DNA from: Vicugna vicugna
Taxonomy: Eukaryota
Assembly: GCA_013265495.1 (NCBI GenBank)
Contig: MU057416.1
Coordinates: forward strand, 366,545-430,544
Direction: 5' to 3'
DNA length: 64,000 nt
A program made the position numbers and the translations under genes. Position 1 is the first letter of the stretch, and each line of letters starts with the position of its first letter. The notes below the pieces were generated by a model that worked only from the letters and a program-made list of their open reading frames with translations, had not been told where the DNA came from and ran no database searches. Of this stretch, positions 28,740 to 41,329 are shown piece by piece.

Positions 28740-28970
28740 ATAAAAATGGAGATATGAAAAATGACCTAGTAAGTAAAAGATAATGATGATTTCCACAGCC
28801 AGAGGGTCATCAGGAAATGGGGAAAGAATTGGAGTCTTCAACTGTATATATTTATCTTTTTAATGGCTTGGAATAAATAGAGAAAAATGATAAATCTTGG
28901 TGGTAGAAAGATGAGGATGTATATTAGATTGATTTTACTTTTCTATGTAGTCTGAAATACTTCTAAACAT
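28740..28970 (+). mobile_element. Old L1 (L1ME-like) 3' fragment
   Basis: gataaatcttggtggtagaaagatgaggatg...ttttctatgtagtctgaaatacttc resembles L1ME termini. Confidence 0.45.
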
Positions 28971-30196
28971 GACATTTTTTCTACTTTTTAAATTCTAGCT
29001 AAAACAGACATGTTTATATACGACTTCTAGAGAAAATGTGAAACTTTTGTTTTCTTCATACGTTAGAGATTTCATTCTCTTCAGACTTCAAAATTTATGT
29101 TTAAAATGAGAAAATTTATGTAATTTAGAGAATTAGCTGCTAAACAAAACATTCAGCAGAAAGATCAAATAAAATCCCAAATCCTCTGAATGTTTTCTGA
29201 TACCTGAATAGCTTTATTTTCTCCTTTTATGTTTGGATAGTTAATTCTTAGATGCTTTATGCAAGGTAACCTACATTTCAGAGGCCTAAATATGGCGACT
29301 TTATTCAAAATTTCAATGAATGAATATGTACACATTGTTTTTCTCCTATATTTATCCAACGCTATGTAAATACAGAAACACACTTCATAGAATTGTTAGA
29401 ATAAAAAAGTCTTGCTATATTTCAGGATAAAATTCTAGGGAATTCTGTTTTCTTCTCTTGGTTAATGCAATTTTTAAAAGTAAAATCGATTCTTTTTAAA
29501 GAGACAAAAACAAAACCTAAACCTAGCAGCTTCGTATGTTGCTGGGTGCCCACGTGAAAATTTAAAAGAAATCATTGTATACGCTTTTTTCTGTGTTTAC
29601 TTCAAAGAGAATTGGTTTAGACAGGAATCATGATTTCAAATATTCTTGCAAAACTTCATCAGAACAGCCCACGTACCAAGCAGGTTTAAATGTAAATTGC
29701 ACTGGAGTTTTAGTTACACCTTGATGAAAAGCTGCAGTCACTGTCTGCTGATCACAGAAGGAAGTGGATGTAAGTTTACAGACCTTCTTCGCTTTTCTGC
29801 ACCGTGAGCATGCTAGCCACTGGATGGTTTATGTTCTCAACATACTGCATTCATTCACAACTTGCAGTTTGCCCTTGGTGTCCACTACGGGCAAGCACTT
29901 GCCATAGCGCTGCACCTGGCCCAGGAGACGTGAGCAGGGCAGAGGTCAAGAGCAGAGGTCAAGACCAGGCCGAACAGGCTGTGACGCCACAGACTCCAGC
30001 CTCCGGGAAAGGTCCAGACGACCCCTGAAGTGTCACTTCACGGCTCGGACTTTTTCCTCTTTTCAAGATACACAGTCCATAAACACAACCAGGTCACTAG
30101 CCATTTATTCCTAGGTTTTTATCGTCTTCTTTTGCGTCTTTTCCCTCCTTTTCAGAGCGATTTGAAAAATTAACCCTCTTCTGTCCTCAGACTCAC

Positions 30197-30360
30197 CGAA
30201 GAATGAATTTCTCCATCGTCCCTGTTGTCAGCTTAAATCTTTAAGTCCTTTCAGGGCCAGAGATGCTTTGTCAAGGGGCCTCTAACAACCAGGGCAGCGG
30301 CCAGAGCTTCATTCTCCCAATATGGGCGGAATCATGTCTTGATAAGTGACTATTGGTAAC
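30197..30360 (-). promoter_or_regulatory. Candidate alternative promoter/first exon with ATG (MEKFIL-)
   Basis: Donor TCG|GTGAGT at 30197; gggacgATGG (ATG at 30216, A at -3, G at +4); upstream CArG-like ccaatatggg (30317), TGATAA (30340), ATTGG (30352). Confidence 0.4.
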
Positions 30361-32644
30361 AAGGCAAATCAATTTAGGGAATGTTTCCGAAGCAATCAGC
30401 TTAGCTCCTGAAAACCTTGGGTGGAATTTTTGTCTGGTTCTGGTTTCCCACCACAGAGAGGTTACATTTACGTACAGGCTTCCAGATACTCCGTCTGGGC
30501 GATGAAAATGTCTCTAATCACCTATTCTGACATCTCCTCTTTGGGGATTATCTGGTACAGCTCACATGCTCACATTCTGACAAACGTCATCTCTTCTCAT
30601 ACTTAGGTTTTGTTTCCCTAGTTCAACCTTCCCTGAAAGAGAAGTGAGGCCCGTACAGTGAAAACAGTCACTTCCCTGCAGGAAACACAGCCCTGCAAGC
30701 GTGGCGGGGAGGATGGAGATGCCCGGGCCGAGGGGAGCCTTGCAGCCCAACCAGGGCACAGGCCACGTGCTGCGGGCGGGAGCCATCCAGTCACACCCGG
30801 TGTCATCTCCTGACTCGGTCCGCGAGCCTGCAGTGCTGCGGGATGCCCGAGAGTAGCCTCTGCCCCCACGCAGATCCTTCTAATGTCCTGTGTGCCTGGC
30901 TAGCCCTACTTCCTTCAGTTTAAAAATACACAGTTTTAAAAATCTACAGCTCTGAGATGAACCGAAGCTGCCAAATTGAGGGTGAGGCCAAGTCCTCCCT
31001 AAGCAGAAGGGCGTCTCGAGGGTTTGGATGTGTGCGAGTCTGGGGAAGGGGGCTTTAGAAGGAGCATAAAAATAGACGCAGAGGGTTCCCGGGAGACCCC
31101 AGGGAAGCCTGGGTTTCTCTAGGATCTCTGTCTCTGAGGGGACAGAGTGAGAGGCAGGCATGTCACACAGCTTCGCACAGACATGCTTTCTCCCATGCTG
31201 TTCACCTGCTGCATCCAGGATGCACAGGCAGACGGGCGGAGGAGCAGAGCCCCGCGGAGGTAAAAATGCCCCGATGCGTTCAGGACGTGTGACTCTCTCT
31301 GAGTCTGCAGAGCCAGACCTGACTGATTTTCAGAATAACATGGAAGAAGACACAACGGGGAGAGCTAAGGCCTCTGCTTCTTATTTAGTACACCTACCTG
31401 TTTTGAATATCTTAGCTTCACCCATCACACATCACAACACCAATATCACTTAAAATAATTTCCCCAAGATTCCATTATCCATCACCTCCCACATCAAGGA
31501 CTAGTTTCATTGCTAATGAAAATCCGTTGTTTTTAAAAGCAAAACTAAGCTAAAAATTTGTGTCATTCAATACCTGTGACTCTTGTATTATACGCAGATT
31601 TCTGTTCATATTTTGACTTCAGTTTCTAACTACATTTTATTCGTTTAGGGTAGTGGAAAGAGAATTGGCTAAATCCTTCATATCTATTTTTCTAATGGAT
31701 TTTTATAATTTGCCAACCACTGGGAAAATCACCAAATATAAAAGAGACATATTAATCAACACCTATGCATAATGGCATGAGAGCGCTAATGTTTTGATAA
31801 CACAAACTGACTCGTATATATGTGTATATATACATATGTGCAGCACATATACATACATACATATATTTGACAATCTTGAAAATTTAATGACAAGATTCAT
31901 AACGAATTGGCTTCATATGTTGATGCTTTAGAACATGCCTTCGTGGTGGTGAATCCCATGACAATCACATTTCAGGTTTTGTACAATTTGGATGCAAAGA
32001 AATTCCAAGTGATCTTATCAGTCACAAGATGCATTTTTCGAACAATTCCACTAGTGTGGCTTTTGACAGGGCACCCTACCGCTGACAGCTAGTAGACTGG
32101 CTGGAGATAAAAGGTTTTACCTAAAGGAGAAGAGAGCAAAGGGTTCCAAACAGGGGCAGGGCTACTGTGAGGCCAGAGGGTTCAATCACACCGACAGCTA
32201 ATCGGAGCTTCTCTTCTCTCTAGTCTGTATCTTCTAAAACGTGCCCCCACTTTGGTACCTGCTTCTTTCCATCGTCATTAGTCAAAACAATCAGCATTGG
32301 TATCGGAATGAAACCTGTTTCCCTCTAACGTTTTTACCATCCTAAAATTAAATTTTTAACGAAGAGGACATCTTTGACTCTTTGCTGTCATAAACTAGGA
32401 AGAAAATTATTTGAGTTAAGAACTTGTCGAAAAGAAATAAAAAACTGAGAACTTAAATGCCCATTTTACAGCATGTGTGATCAGCTGAGCTACACCAACT
32501 ATGCAGAGCATCTTCAGTGTTTGGTGCCTTTTCTAATCCAAGTCCAGCGAAATGTCCAGAAAAACCGTTTTCTTAAGATAATCGCTCTATGCATAATGAA
32601 GCAAGAATTTTAGGTAGTTGGTGTTCTCATGGTAAATTTAAAAG

Positions 32645-32687
32645 TATATATATATATATATATATTTGTGTATATATATATATATAT
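32645..32687. repeat. Interrupted (TA)n microsatellite
   Basis: Direct reading. Confidence 0.9.
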
Positions 32688-32827
32688 GTTTGTATGTATG
32701 CTCTCCCATAGTTATGATTTATTCACGTGGCAAGGAAAACACATTTAGCACCATCATTCTTTCATCTTAATTCAACCATTATGCCAGTATTTCAGCGCAT
32801 TATTTTTTTAACCAATAAATAGCTTAC

Positions 32828-32935
32828 CAGCTAGCTGAGAGACTCTGGAAGTGCATGATAACTTTGTGATAAAATGGCAGGAGCAGCCAACTCGAGGAAT
32901 GTGCTCTGAGGATTGATCTTGCAGCTATATTTATG
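32828..32935 (-). promoter_or_regulatory. Candidate TATA-type alternative promoter/first exon
   Basis: Minus strand CATAAATATAG (32925-32935, TATA/MEF2-like) about 100 bp upstream of donor CTG|GTAAGC at 32828. Confidence 0.35.
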
Positions 32936-35900
32936 TTAGTAAAAATTGTGTATTTGCGATTCGTTTAGACTGGCGAGTAAGGGGAAAACACAGAGACAAA
33001 ACCGAGGCCGTGAGGCTCACAATGCCTCCACTGACTTCCCCACCGGCCCTTCCTCTGCACGTGGTCAATTAGAATTGAAAATCCTGTGCTGATTTCATTT
33101 GCTGGAATATTTAAGCAGGTCAGGAAGAAAGATGTTATTGAAAGGAAAAGTCTCATCTAAATAAGAAAGGAGATCAGGGCCATCTGGTCTTAGCTATACG
33201 GATAAAAAGTTATTTCAGCTGAACCGCAAGCTCGATGTTTAAAAAGATGTGCCAGAAATCCACCCCAAATCTGTTTCTGGGAAAATATCCCCAATGTTTC
33301 TTTTTCAGCCTCCAAACATGCGACACACAGTTCATTTCCTATCTGTGATTCATGCGTCCATGTGACCCCAGCGCCTCCCTGGGCGTCCCTGAGTGTTAGG
33401 CAGTGGGACATTCGGTCGCCCTTCCAACACATCTCCCTCACGGGGCATCACCAGGACCGTGGATCTTTTGAAAATTGTGAAAATGATCGTTTTCCACTCC
33501 AGTGAATCTTGAGTGCAGTCTGCATGTGGGTCTGGAAGGATAAAATGTGAGGCACGAAGCAACCAAACCAGTTTCCCTTCTTCCATCCTCGGGACTCGAG
33601 GTGCCAGGGCATTCTCCGTGCAGTGCCCGGGCATCTGCTCAAAATAGTTCCAAGCCCTATGCCTAAAGGCTAAATTTGGGGGAAAAAAAAACAAAACAAC
33701 TCTCTTCCCATCAAGAGAAATTATGAATGTGAGTCTACTTTTAGAAATCATCTTCGTAATGGTAAGAAACAGAGAAGATTTTAAAAAAAATATTTTGTGC
33801 TGTTTGCCAAATTAGAGTCATATGTTATGATGTAATTAAAATGTTTTTGATAGGAGGCTATTTGCAACAATTACATCAACAGTACATTAATTTAGCCACG
33901 ATCTGAGCAGACCCCTCTGCTAGCGTGGACATGGGCAGCTGGCATCCCAGCCCAAATGTCATTATATTAAAGTGTTAGTGTTCTAGCTCGAGAGCGTTTT
34001 TAAAACTCTGGTTCTAATACAATACTGACAGCGATTTTTGGTCACAATCCTGTGTTCAAATACATGACTTATGTATACTAAACGTGCTACATGCATGTAC
34101 AAAAACACATGATTACACTGTCAACACATGCTAAGCAAGAGACTGGTTTTAACTAAAGTCTTCAGATAAACAGCTGAATTCAGTCTATTCTAACACAGGA
34201 AACACAAGAATCTTCTTAAGATTCCCTGACATAAGGTACCATTGGTTGCTTTTGTGTATTTACTAAGTTTGTTCTGCCATTTCAAATAAATCATTACTGC
34301 TGTGTAAGAAGAATAAACTGCACTGTAGCAAATTGTCCTCCCTCTGTTACGCTCTGAAAAAGCATTTGTTCTTGAGCTAGCGTTACGTAGTTCAACTATT
34401 TCAATCAAGTCCATTATCTTTTCTTTGAAAGATGCCTTTTTAGTAACCTGTATCCCCAGTGGGCAAGGTCACATTTTGTTTTTAGAAAGTAGGTGAAATT
34501 TAAGTCCAACTGTTTGCTCATTTTTTTAATCTCTGATAAAACAATTATATAATTCATCCTCAGGCAAGACCTCTGCTATATTTGGGAAGAACTGTTTATG
34601 TAAAATTACAGCGTCAGGCCTAAGAATTTCTCAGAAAAGTCATTTATCAATGCGCCTGGAGTCTTACCCCATAGAATGTCACCTAACTTGTGCAGCTTGC
34701 CTTTTCTAAGTACAAAATGTGTTCATTCTTTAAGCTGTATATTTTTCTCAGTAGTAGTAGTAACATGAAAGCAAAAAAAAAAAAAAGCTCTTTTTCACTT
34801 GTTTTAAAACCACCACACAATACACCAGCAAAATTAATCTCAGTGACTTGTGTGTTGGCGTGTAAATTGTGTTGCTCATATACACATGATTCGCAAATCC
34901 TTTCAAAATTAATCCTTTTTAAAATACACATGAAAGAAGTATTAAGAGCAAATTCCAAAATTAAGAAAATAATGTGTCAAACACTAGACAGATAAGAACT
35001 GGTACGTATATCCCATCTTTCTGCATTAATGGAAATTAATTTAAACTATACAGCAAAACTCGGTAATTAAGGGACGCCGTGTATACAGAGTTGTTCTATG
35101 TTTATGCCTCCGATGTGGCAATATGTTTTGTCAAAATTATTGAACTTGGTTCTGTTTCAGCTAAGTAAAATAAAACCATGTACTTAAATACCCACGTCAC
35201 TAAAAATCTGAAGACTTGTTTGGCGCATGCCTATTTAGCCTAAGACCCACAAAATAGACTTGGAAATACATACAAACGCTGTACCAGCCCACAAAATTTT
35301 AATCCAACTTTCATTCACCCCAAAGCACATGAAATGAGCATCACTTCTGAATCATTTGTCTCTGTTTTTCCTTATGCAATATGTAACTAGTAAAAATGAT
35401 TTAATAGGTTACAAATATTTGAGTGGCAAATAACAGTCACCAAGTCAGAACAAATTATCAGTACTGTAGCATTTTTATCCAAATGATTTCAAAATGCCCA
35501 CCATTTCTACATCCTATTTACATCACTGAAATTCAGCCACCTCTGAAACGTTCAGCCAGCACATTAATAAAGCTTCCTAGAACCAGGAAACTCCGCCTGA
35601 CTGCATGTATCTTGATGAACATGGCCACACTGCCCCAGAACACGTCTTCAAGAGAAAGATGGTTACAAATAAAACAGTCCTTTCCTGTGGGGGTCGATTC
35701 ACTCCACAAACATGTGAACTTCCTATGGACAGACACCCAGCAGACACTGGCGATTAGGTGACTGAAAATGCTGCCCACAAAGGCGAAATTTTATGGGTGA
35801 TGACATCACCGGCAAACCTGGGTCTCTCTGTGATAGAGTGATATAATGTGTCTGGCTGAGTGTGTCTCCTGAGTGAGTGTGTGTGTTCGTGTGTGTATGA

Positions 35901-37010
35901 GAGAGACAGAGACAGAGAGGCTTAAGAAACAGCATGATCAGAAATGGCATAACCTTCTGCAAGGTTTGCAAGAATCTTGCCACAGACCTCTGACTTTTTC
36001 CAGCTTTCATACAGCTTCATTTCATTCAAAAATGCCTTTCCTGTGTAAGCAGATCCTGTTCGGTTTAGTTATCCCGCTCTGAATCCTAAAATATCCCGGT
36101 GGGTCTGTGGAGATGCGATTTCTCTACCAAATGAGGCGTATGCATCTGTGTAATATGGTGCAGGAGACGCAGGGTCCCCCCGGGACTGGCGCTGGCACGG
36201 AGGAGACGTCTTGGTTTTGAAGGCGGTGAAGGGGTTAAAAATCGAGGCTGTCTGGGGTAAGAGAAAGGGGATACTGTTGTCTTTAATCTTTCCGCAGTGT
36301 GTGTAAGACTTCCATCCCGGATCTGCACGGAGCAGGGGGACAGGCTGGGCGTACATGCGTGCAGGCTCCTTGATTGTGGAGGGGGGACCTGGCCGGGGTC
36401 CAGACAGCCTGGGGCTCTGTTGATCATTATGTGTAGCCTTCAGGTGTCTGGGCACACAGTGGGCGGCGGTGGGGGAGGTGTGGATGGCAGGAGAGCAGAC
36501 AAAGAAAAAAAATGGTGTATTTAAAAAAGATTATGTGAAAACGTGTGTCCAAGTCCTCTTTAAAAAAAATTATGAATCCTAAACCTCTTGGACTTTTATA
36601 ATTAGAACACAAGCTCCAGACACGCCCATAATTAGTTAAGTCTGGAGCCTTTGAATAAGTCCCTTCAACAATTGATGGAGTTGATATTTTCTTTCAAAAA
36701 TCAGGAGGACGAGGCTTTCTCACAAACTCCCTTTTTTTTGCTGCTGGAGGCTTTGCTGTTCGAAATCTTCATCAGTGAAAAATCACATCGATGTGATTTA
36801 CCTTTTCATTTCTTAGCAGACTCAGCTGATAACTTTTTAAGGATTTGGATGGTTCTAGAAGGGAAGGCATCATGCATTGCTGGTGTAAGAAGAAAGCAAT
36901 GGTCCAGGATCTCTCCCCCATTTGTTTCCAATTATTTTATAAATAATTAAAAAAAAACCTGCTTGTATCTTGCTTCTGTTTGAAACTCCATCAAAAAAAA
37001 AAAAACTCAC

Positions 37011-37048
37011 CATCAATGTGACTTAGATGCTAACCATACCCTCTTGTG
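37011..37048 (-). other. 38-nt exon ending in ATG
   Basis: Strong T-rich acceptor ttttacatttttttactag| CACAAGAGGGTATGGTTAGCATCTAAGTCACATTGATG |GTGAGT donor; 815 bp downstream of the donor at 37864. Confidence 0.6.
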
Positions 37049-37399
37049 CTAGTAAAAAAATGTAAAAAAAAATTACTTTATTCTCTAAGCATTCTTCTAT
37101 AAAGAAGCTTCCGCATGTTTCCTCCCCACCCCCACATCCTCACTCCACCCTATTAGGAATTTCAAAAAAAAAATCTTTATAGATGGAAGGCTGGATCCTG
37201 AGACAGAAAGCTGTCCCTCCCTCCTGTCTTTACACTGGCCACTTTCAGGAGCCTTCCCCTTCTGCCGGGACTTGCTTTCACATTTTGCGGACGAAAACAT
37301 GAAAACCAGTTCAGCCCCTGGCATTGTTAGACCCTGGAAAGTGGTGGCTAAAAAATAAGTAAAAAGAAAGCCCTGGCTTGAAGCCATTGTTCCGAACGT

Positions 37400-38200
37400 A
37401 AGAGCGTCTGCCCAGGTGTCCCGGCCGCCTTTCGCAGCTAAGTGCACTAACTGTCAGACGTCCGCAGAGTGGACGGTGCCCTCGGCAGTGGAGTCCGAAA
37501 AGTTTGTCTTCGATGTTCCCTGGGGACAGATCGGGGCTGCTCAGACAGACAGAGCGCAGGAGAGCCAAGCAAGCACACACTCCGTGCCTCCGGTGCTCCC
37601 TGCGAACAAAGCCGCCTCCTGCAGCAGGGCCCCGGGGTGCAGCCGCCCGCGCCGCCGCTGGCGAGCGGCTCGGATCTTCCGTTCTGCCTCCTCCCCCTGA
37701 CAGGCGTGCAACAATTGTTTGCGGGAGCGCTGCCTGCCGGCGGCCCACCCCTCCGCGCGCCCGCAGCAGAGCCCCTCCGCAAGACCACGTCGGCCAGCGC
37801 CGGATGCTTCTGACACGAAACTGCTTTCATCAGCACCCGTGACGGAGAGGAACGCGCACTTACCGTGTCCGGATGGTCGTCGGGGCCGGCGCCCGTCCCC
37901 GGGGCCGCAGCAGGGGCTCCGGCCAGCGCGGCCCGGCGCAGGTGCAGCGTCCCCCGTGCCCGCGGCGGGGGCAGGGCAGGGCTCCCCGGGAGGCGCGCGG
38001 GGCTCCGCGTCCGCGCCGGACGTCCCTGCGCCCGGGAACTGTACCATCTGCAGTTCTGAATTGAACTAAATTGCAGCCCATGTGAAAGACAGGGCAGCCA
38101 GTCATGTGGGAGGCAGCAGCCGCCCCATTGGCCGCCGGCCGCAGCCGGGCGTCCTGCCTCCTCCACCATTGGTGAGCAGTTAAAACTGAAAGCGTCTGGG
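37400..38200 (-). promoter_or_regulatory. Main CpG-island promoter of an unidentified minus-strand gene
   Basis: Densest CpG region in the window; two minus-strand CCAAT boxes (ATTGG at 38127 and 38168); AGTCATGTG (38100-38108) and CATGTGA (38079-38085). Confidence 0.7.
37864..38070 (-). other. Candidate GC-rich first exon (5' end approximate)
   Basis: Near-consensus donor ACG|GTAAGT at 37864, downstream of the CCAAT pair. Confidence 0.6.
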
Positions 38201-38415
38201 TCCTCCTCTCCGGCTTATTTGTCCTTTATGTGTGGAAGAATGACTGTAGGGTTTTACAGTGACAGGATTAGTTAAGAGAGGGGCTGAAGTCATCCTGCAC
38301 AGAGGCTGGTGGGAGGAGATGGGAAGCTCAGCTTTTTCGAGATTTTTTTTTTGCCCTTTTATCCCCCTGCCCCGCGGATTTGACTGTGATGTGCTTGTTT
38401 GCCTGTCAGGAAAAC

Positions 38416-38418
<3 letters not shown>

Positions 38419-38462
<44 letters not shown>
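38419..38462. repeat. (GT)22 microsatellite
   Basis: Direct reading. Confidence 0.95.
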
Positions 38463-38466
<4 letters not shown>

Positions 38467-40719
38467 CCCAGTTAACTCTGGAGGTGACAGAAAGTAAATT
38501 GTCATCTCATTCCTCTGCCGGACTCGGTCATGTTTGGAAGCACAAAATCAATGTTTCTTAATGATGCATTTTCCGTTTTAACTTTGATGTTTCAAGCAGC
38601 TCAGTGGCAGTTGTGAGCAGCTGGAGTAGCTCATTAGTGACACCCAGGACCAGAATTAACTTTTTTGAGGGGCTGTGACATTTTGGAGACCCCAGAGGGG
38701 AAAAGTAACTGGGAAATATTCCAAGGCGACCTGTCTAAGAAGCTTTGGCTAAGCAGGGGTGATGGGGAGTACATGTTTTCCAGAACCATTCTTTAATTTA
38801 CCTCTTTGAATAATGCAAAGTGGCCGTAACACAGGCAGCCAGGAAGTTTTTTTGTTTTTTTTGTTTTTTTTTTTTTAGTTATTCTAGCATTCTTTGACTC
38901 GCCCGATTCCTAAAAATCTCCAGTGCATGTGGAGAGATTTAGGCGGTCCGTTCCCTCAGGCGCCGTCACAGCCCGCATTCCCAGTGCGAAGGTAGCTAAC
39001 GGCGGGGAAGCCGGGCTGCGACCGGCAGTACCTCTCTGTCTGTTCTGCCAGACCCAGGGTCCGCAGACGTTTACAAAAAAAGTGGCGGGACACCGAAGCC
39101 ATGGTATTGCTTTTGTTTTCTTGTGAGCCTACTAAGAGCCAGGCCCTCTTGTTTAACGTCATCACTGTAACAGCTCAGTGTCAGCTTCATCGCTTTCCTT
39201 TTTCTGCGGCAAAAACAGATGCTTTACCAGCGTGGTAGGGCTTGATGTCAGCCCGCATCTGCCTGATCTCACGTCGACTTTCTCAGCTGAGGGTGCCGCC
39301 GCCCAGAACAGCAGTGGTCACCGCTCGTAGGTCCCTTCCTGCTGTGCCTCCCACCGTTAGTTCAGCTCCTACAGCTCCTGGTGAGCTGGCTGTTCTGTCA
39401 CCCCCGCGTGGGAGAGGAGGGACTGAGGCCCGAAGCCAGTTCCATGAAGTCGGTGGTTGGTGGCACCTGGTTCAAACCAACTCTTACCCAGTTTACACAC
39501 CATTGGAATTTCCAATATTCCAAGAAACAGCATCAAATACCTTTACTGTTTCTCCTTTCCAGTGCGACACGTTTGACTATTTAACATTTACGGAGAATGT
39601 CCGCTGTAGTCGTGCTGGTGGGTTCAGTTCAGACCCACCCCATGCCACGCAGGGACCCACCTGCGACTGTAACTCAGCCTCAGAGGAGCAGCTGTGGGGT
39701 CCTGTTTACCGCCTTCGGGCCCCTCGAGAGACCTTGCATGAGTCTTGCCACAATCAAAGCTTCCACGTTCACTGAAGAAACAGACTCTCCCTGCCCATCA
39801 GTCTGGGCCCTGAGGTGTCCTACGGCTGGTTCAGAGCCTGGAACACACCAAATCGCACGATAAGACAAATCTGGAGCCTCTCCAAAACAGTGTCAGAAGT
39901 TCCACTGCAGCCAGGACACTCTCCAGAGCCCTCCTGGGGTTTCCTGAATGTGACTCCCAACACCCCCAATCACACAAATTAAGGGAAACTTCCATTCACG
40001 GTGCCTACGCTCGTGGGGTCTGTCTGGGGGCCGTGACTCAAGGAAGCACACCAGCATCCTCACCCACGCACTCGAAAGCATACGCTGTTGCCTCCCCAGG
40101 TACCGTGTGGCTATGGTAGACTCGGCATGGGTGGACGGGGAGAATTAGAAGATAATCTTCAGTTTCTTTTTTTGAACTTCTTCCCCTCTCACTGAGTGCT
40201 GCTTCATTTCCCCTAAATTGTCATCACCACCTGCTGTCCAGACTCTTCTCAGTCTGCCTTCTCCTAGAGCACCCGCGTGATCCTATTATGTTATCCTATT
40301 TTCATTAAGTTTCTCGGCTACGTTGACAATAGAGGGACTGGGCTGTGTCTCACTTCTTCTTAAATCCCTCAGCGTGCCTGTCACAGGAAAGATGAAATAC
40401 GTACTTGCTGCCTTTTTTTTTTTTGTCTTGCAGTGATCTGTTCCCCAGTTAAGTCATCAGATCAGAAATAAATCCGGTAAGATGATGCTAACGTGTTCAA
40501 AATAACGTTTTGAAATAAAGTCTAAGTAAGTGAGTCAGACCCTTACACGGAGGGAGACCATTCTGAGGTCACAGGCTCGTCCCAGGACTGGTCCCGATTA
40601 ACCACGTAGGACACCTACACTGAGTACACTGAAGTTCCCAGTGTTGGCTCTCGTTTACTTACCTCCTCTTGGCTGCCATCTATCAACTTCTTCTGTCCTC
40701 CTCATTCACGGGGGACCGG

Positions 40720-41150
40720 GCCTCAGGCTCTCAGATTTCCTCTTTATCTCTGGTCCTGCCATCGTGCAGGTGTCGGTCGGTGTTCACAAGGGCAGTATAT
40801 CCAACACTCTCGTCCCTCGGGTCACTGACCTCCGCAGCGCCGATGGCGTCCACCTCCACTCCCACGGCAGCCCCACGTCCGTATCGCAGAGGTCAGGGCG
40901 GCGGACCACTGGAGTGACAAAATGGACCCACACGCTCTCCAACTAGGATCTTCAGTTCTTCCAACGCTGTCACAATACCTCCTCCTCCACATTTTTGATC
41001 TTTCCAATTCTTTGGCTCCTCCAATTTCTCCTTCTCTACTAACCCCTTTCTTTTTTACTCCCTTTCCACCCATACTTCTCTCCCAGCTAGGGTCCGTGTT
41101 TCATGACTTCCAGCATCTGGTCAATATCCCCAACTTTCTCGCCCTTTGTA
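40720..41150 (+). mobile_element. Degenerate L2 internal (endonuclease-region) fragment
   Basis: cctgccatcgtg...tccaacactctcgtccctcgggtcactgacctcc...cacctccactcccacggcagcc aligns by eye with recalled L2 ORF2 sequence. Confidence 0.5.
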
Positions 41151-41329
41151 TATTAAAAAGGTCAATTTCTATTTTCAATTTACCGAGGGGAAATCTGTTG
41201 AAGAATGAACATTATCAACACCAGAACTGGACCTTCTAAATTCCATATTATTAAATAAGCCCAGAACATACACCATATTATAAATCCTAAAATGTCTCTA
41301 GGAAAACACACTTACCAGTAGCAATCACT

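Noticed and set aside
29939..29964. AGGTCA direct repeat as a nuclear-receptor element
   Set aside because: A 13-bp tandem duplication with non-standard 7-bp spacing
37447..38169. 240-aa and other ORFs across the CpG island as a single-exon gene
   Set aside because: GC-rich open frames on both strands; they read through a strong splice donor; no known protein recognised
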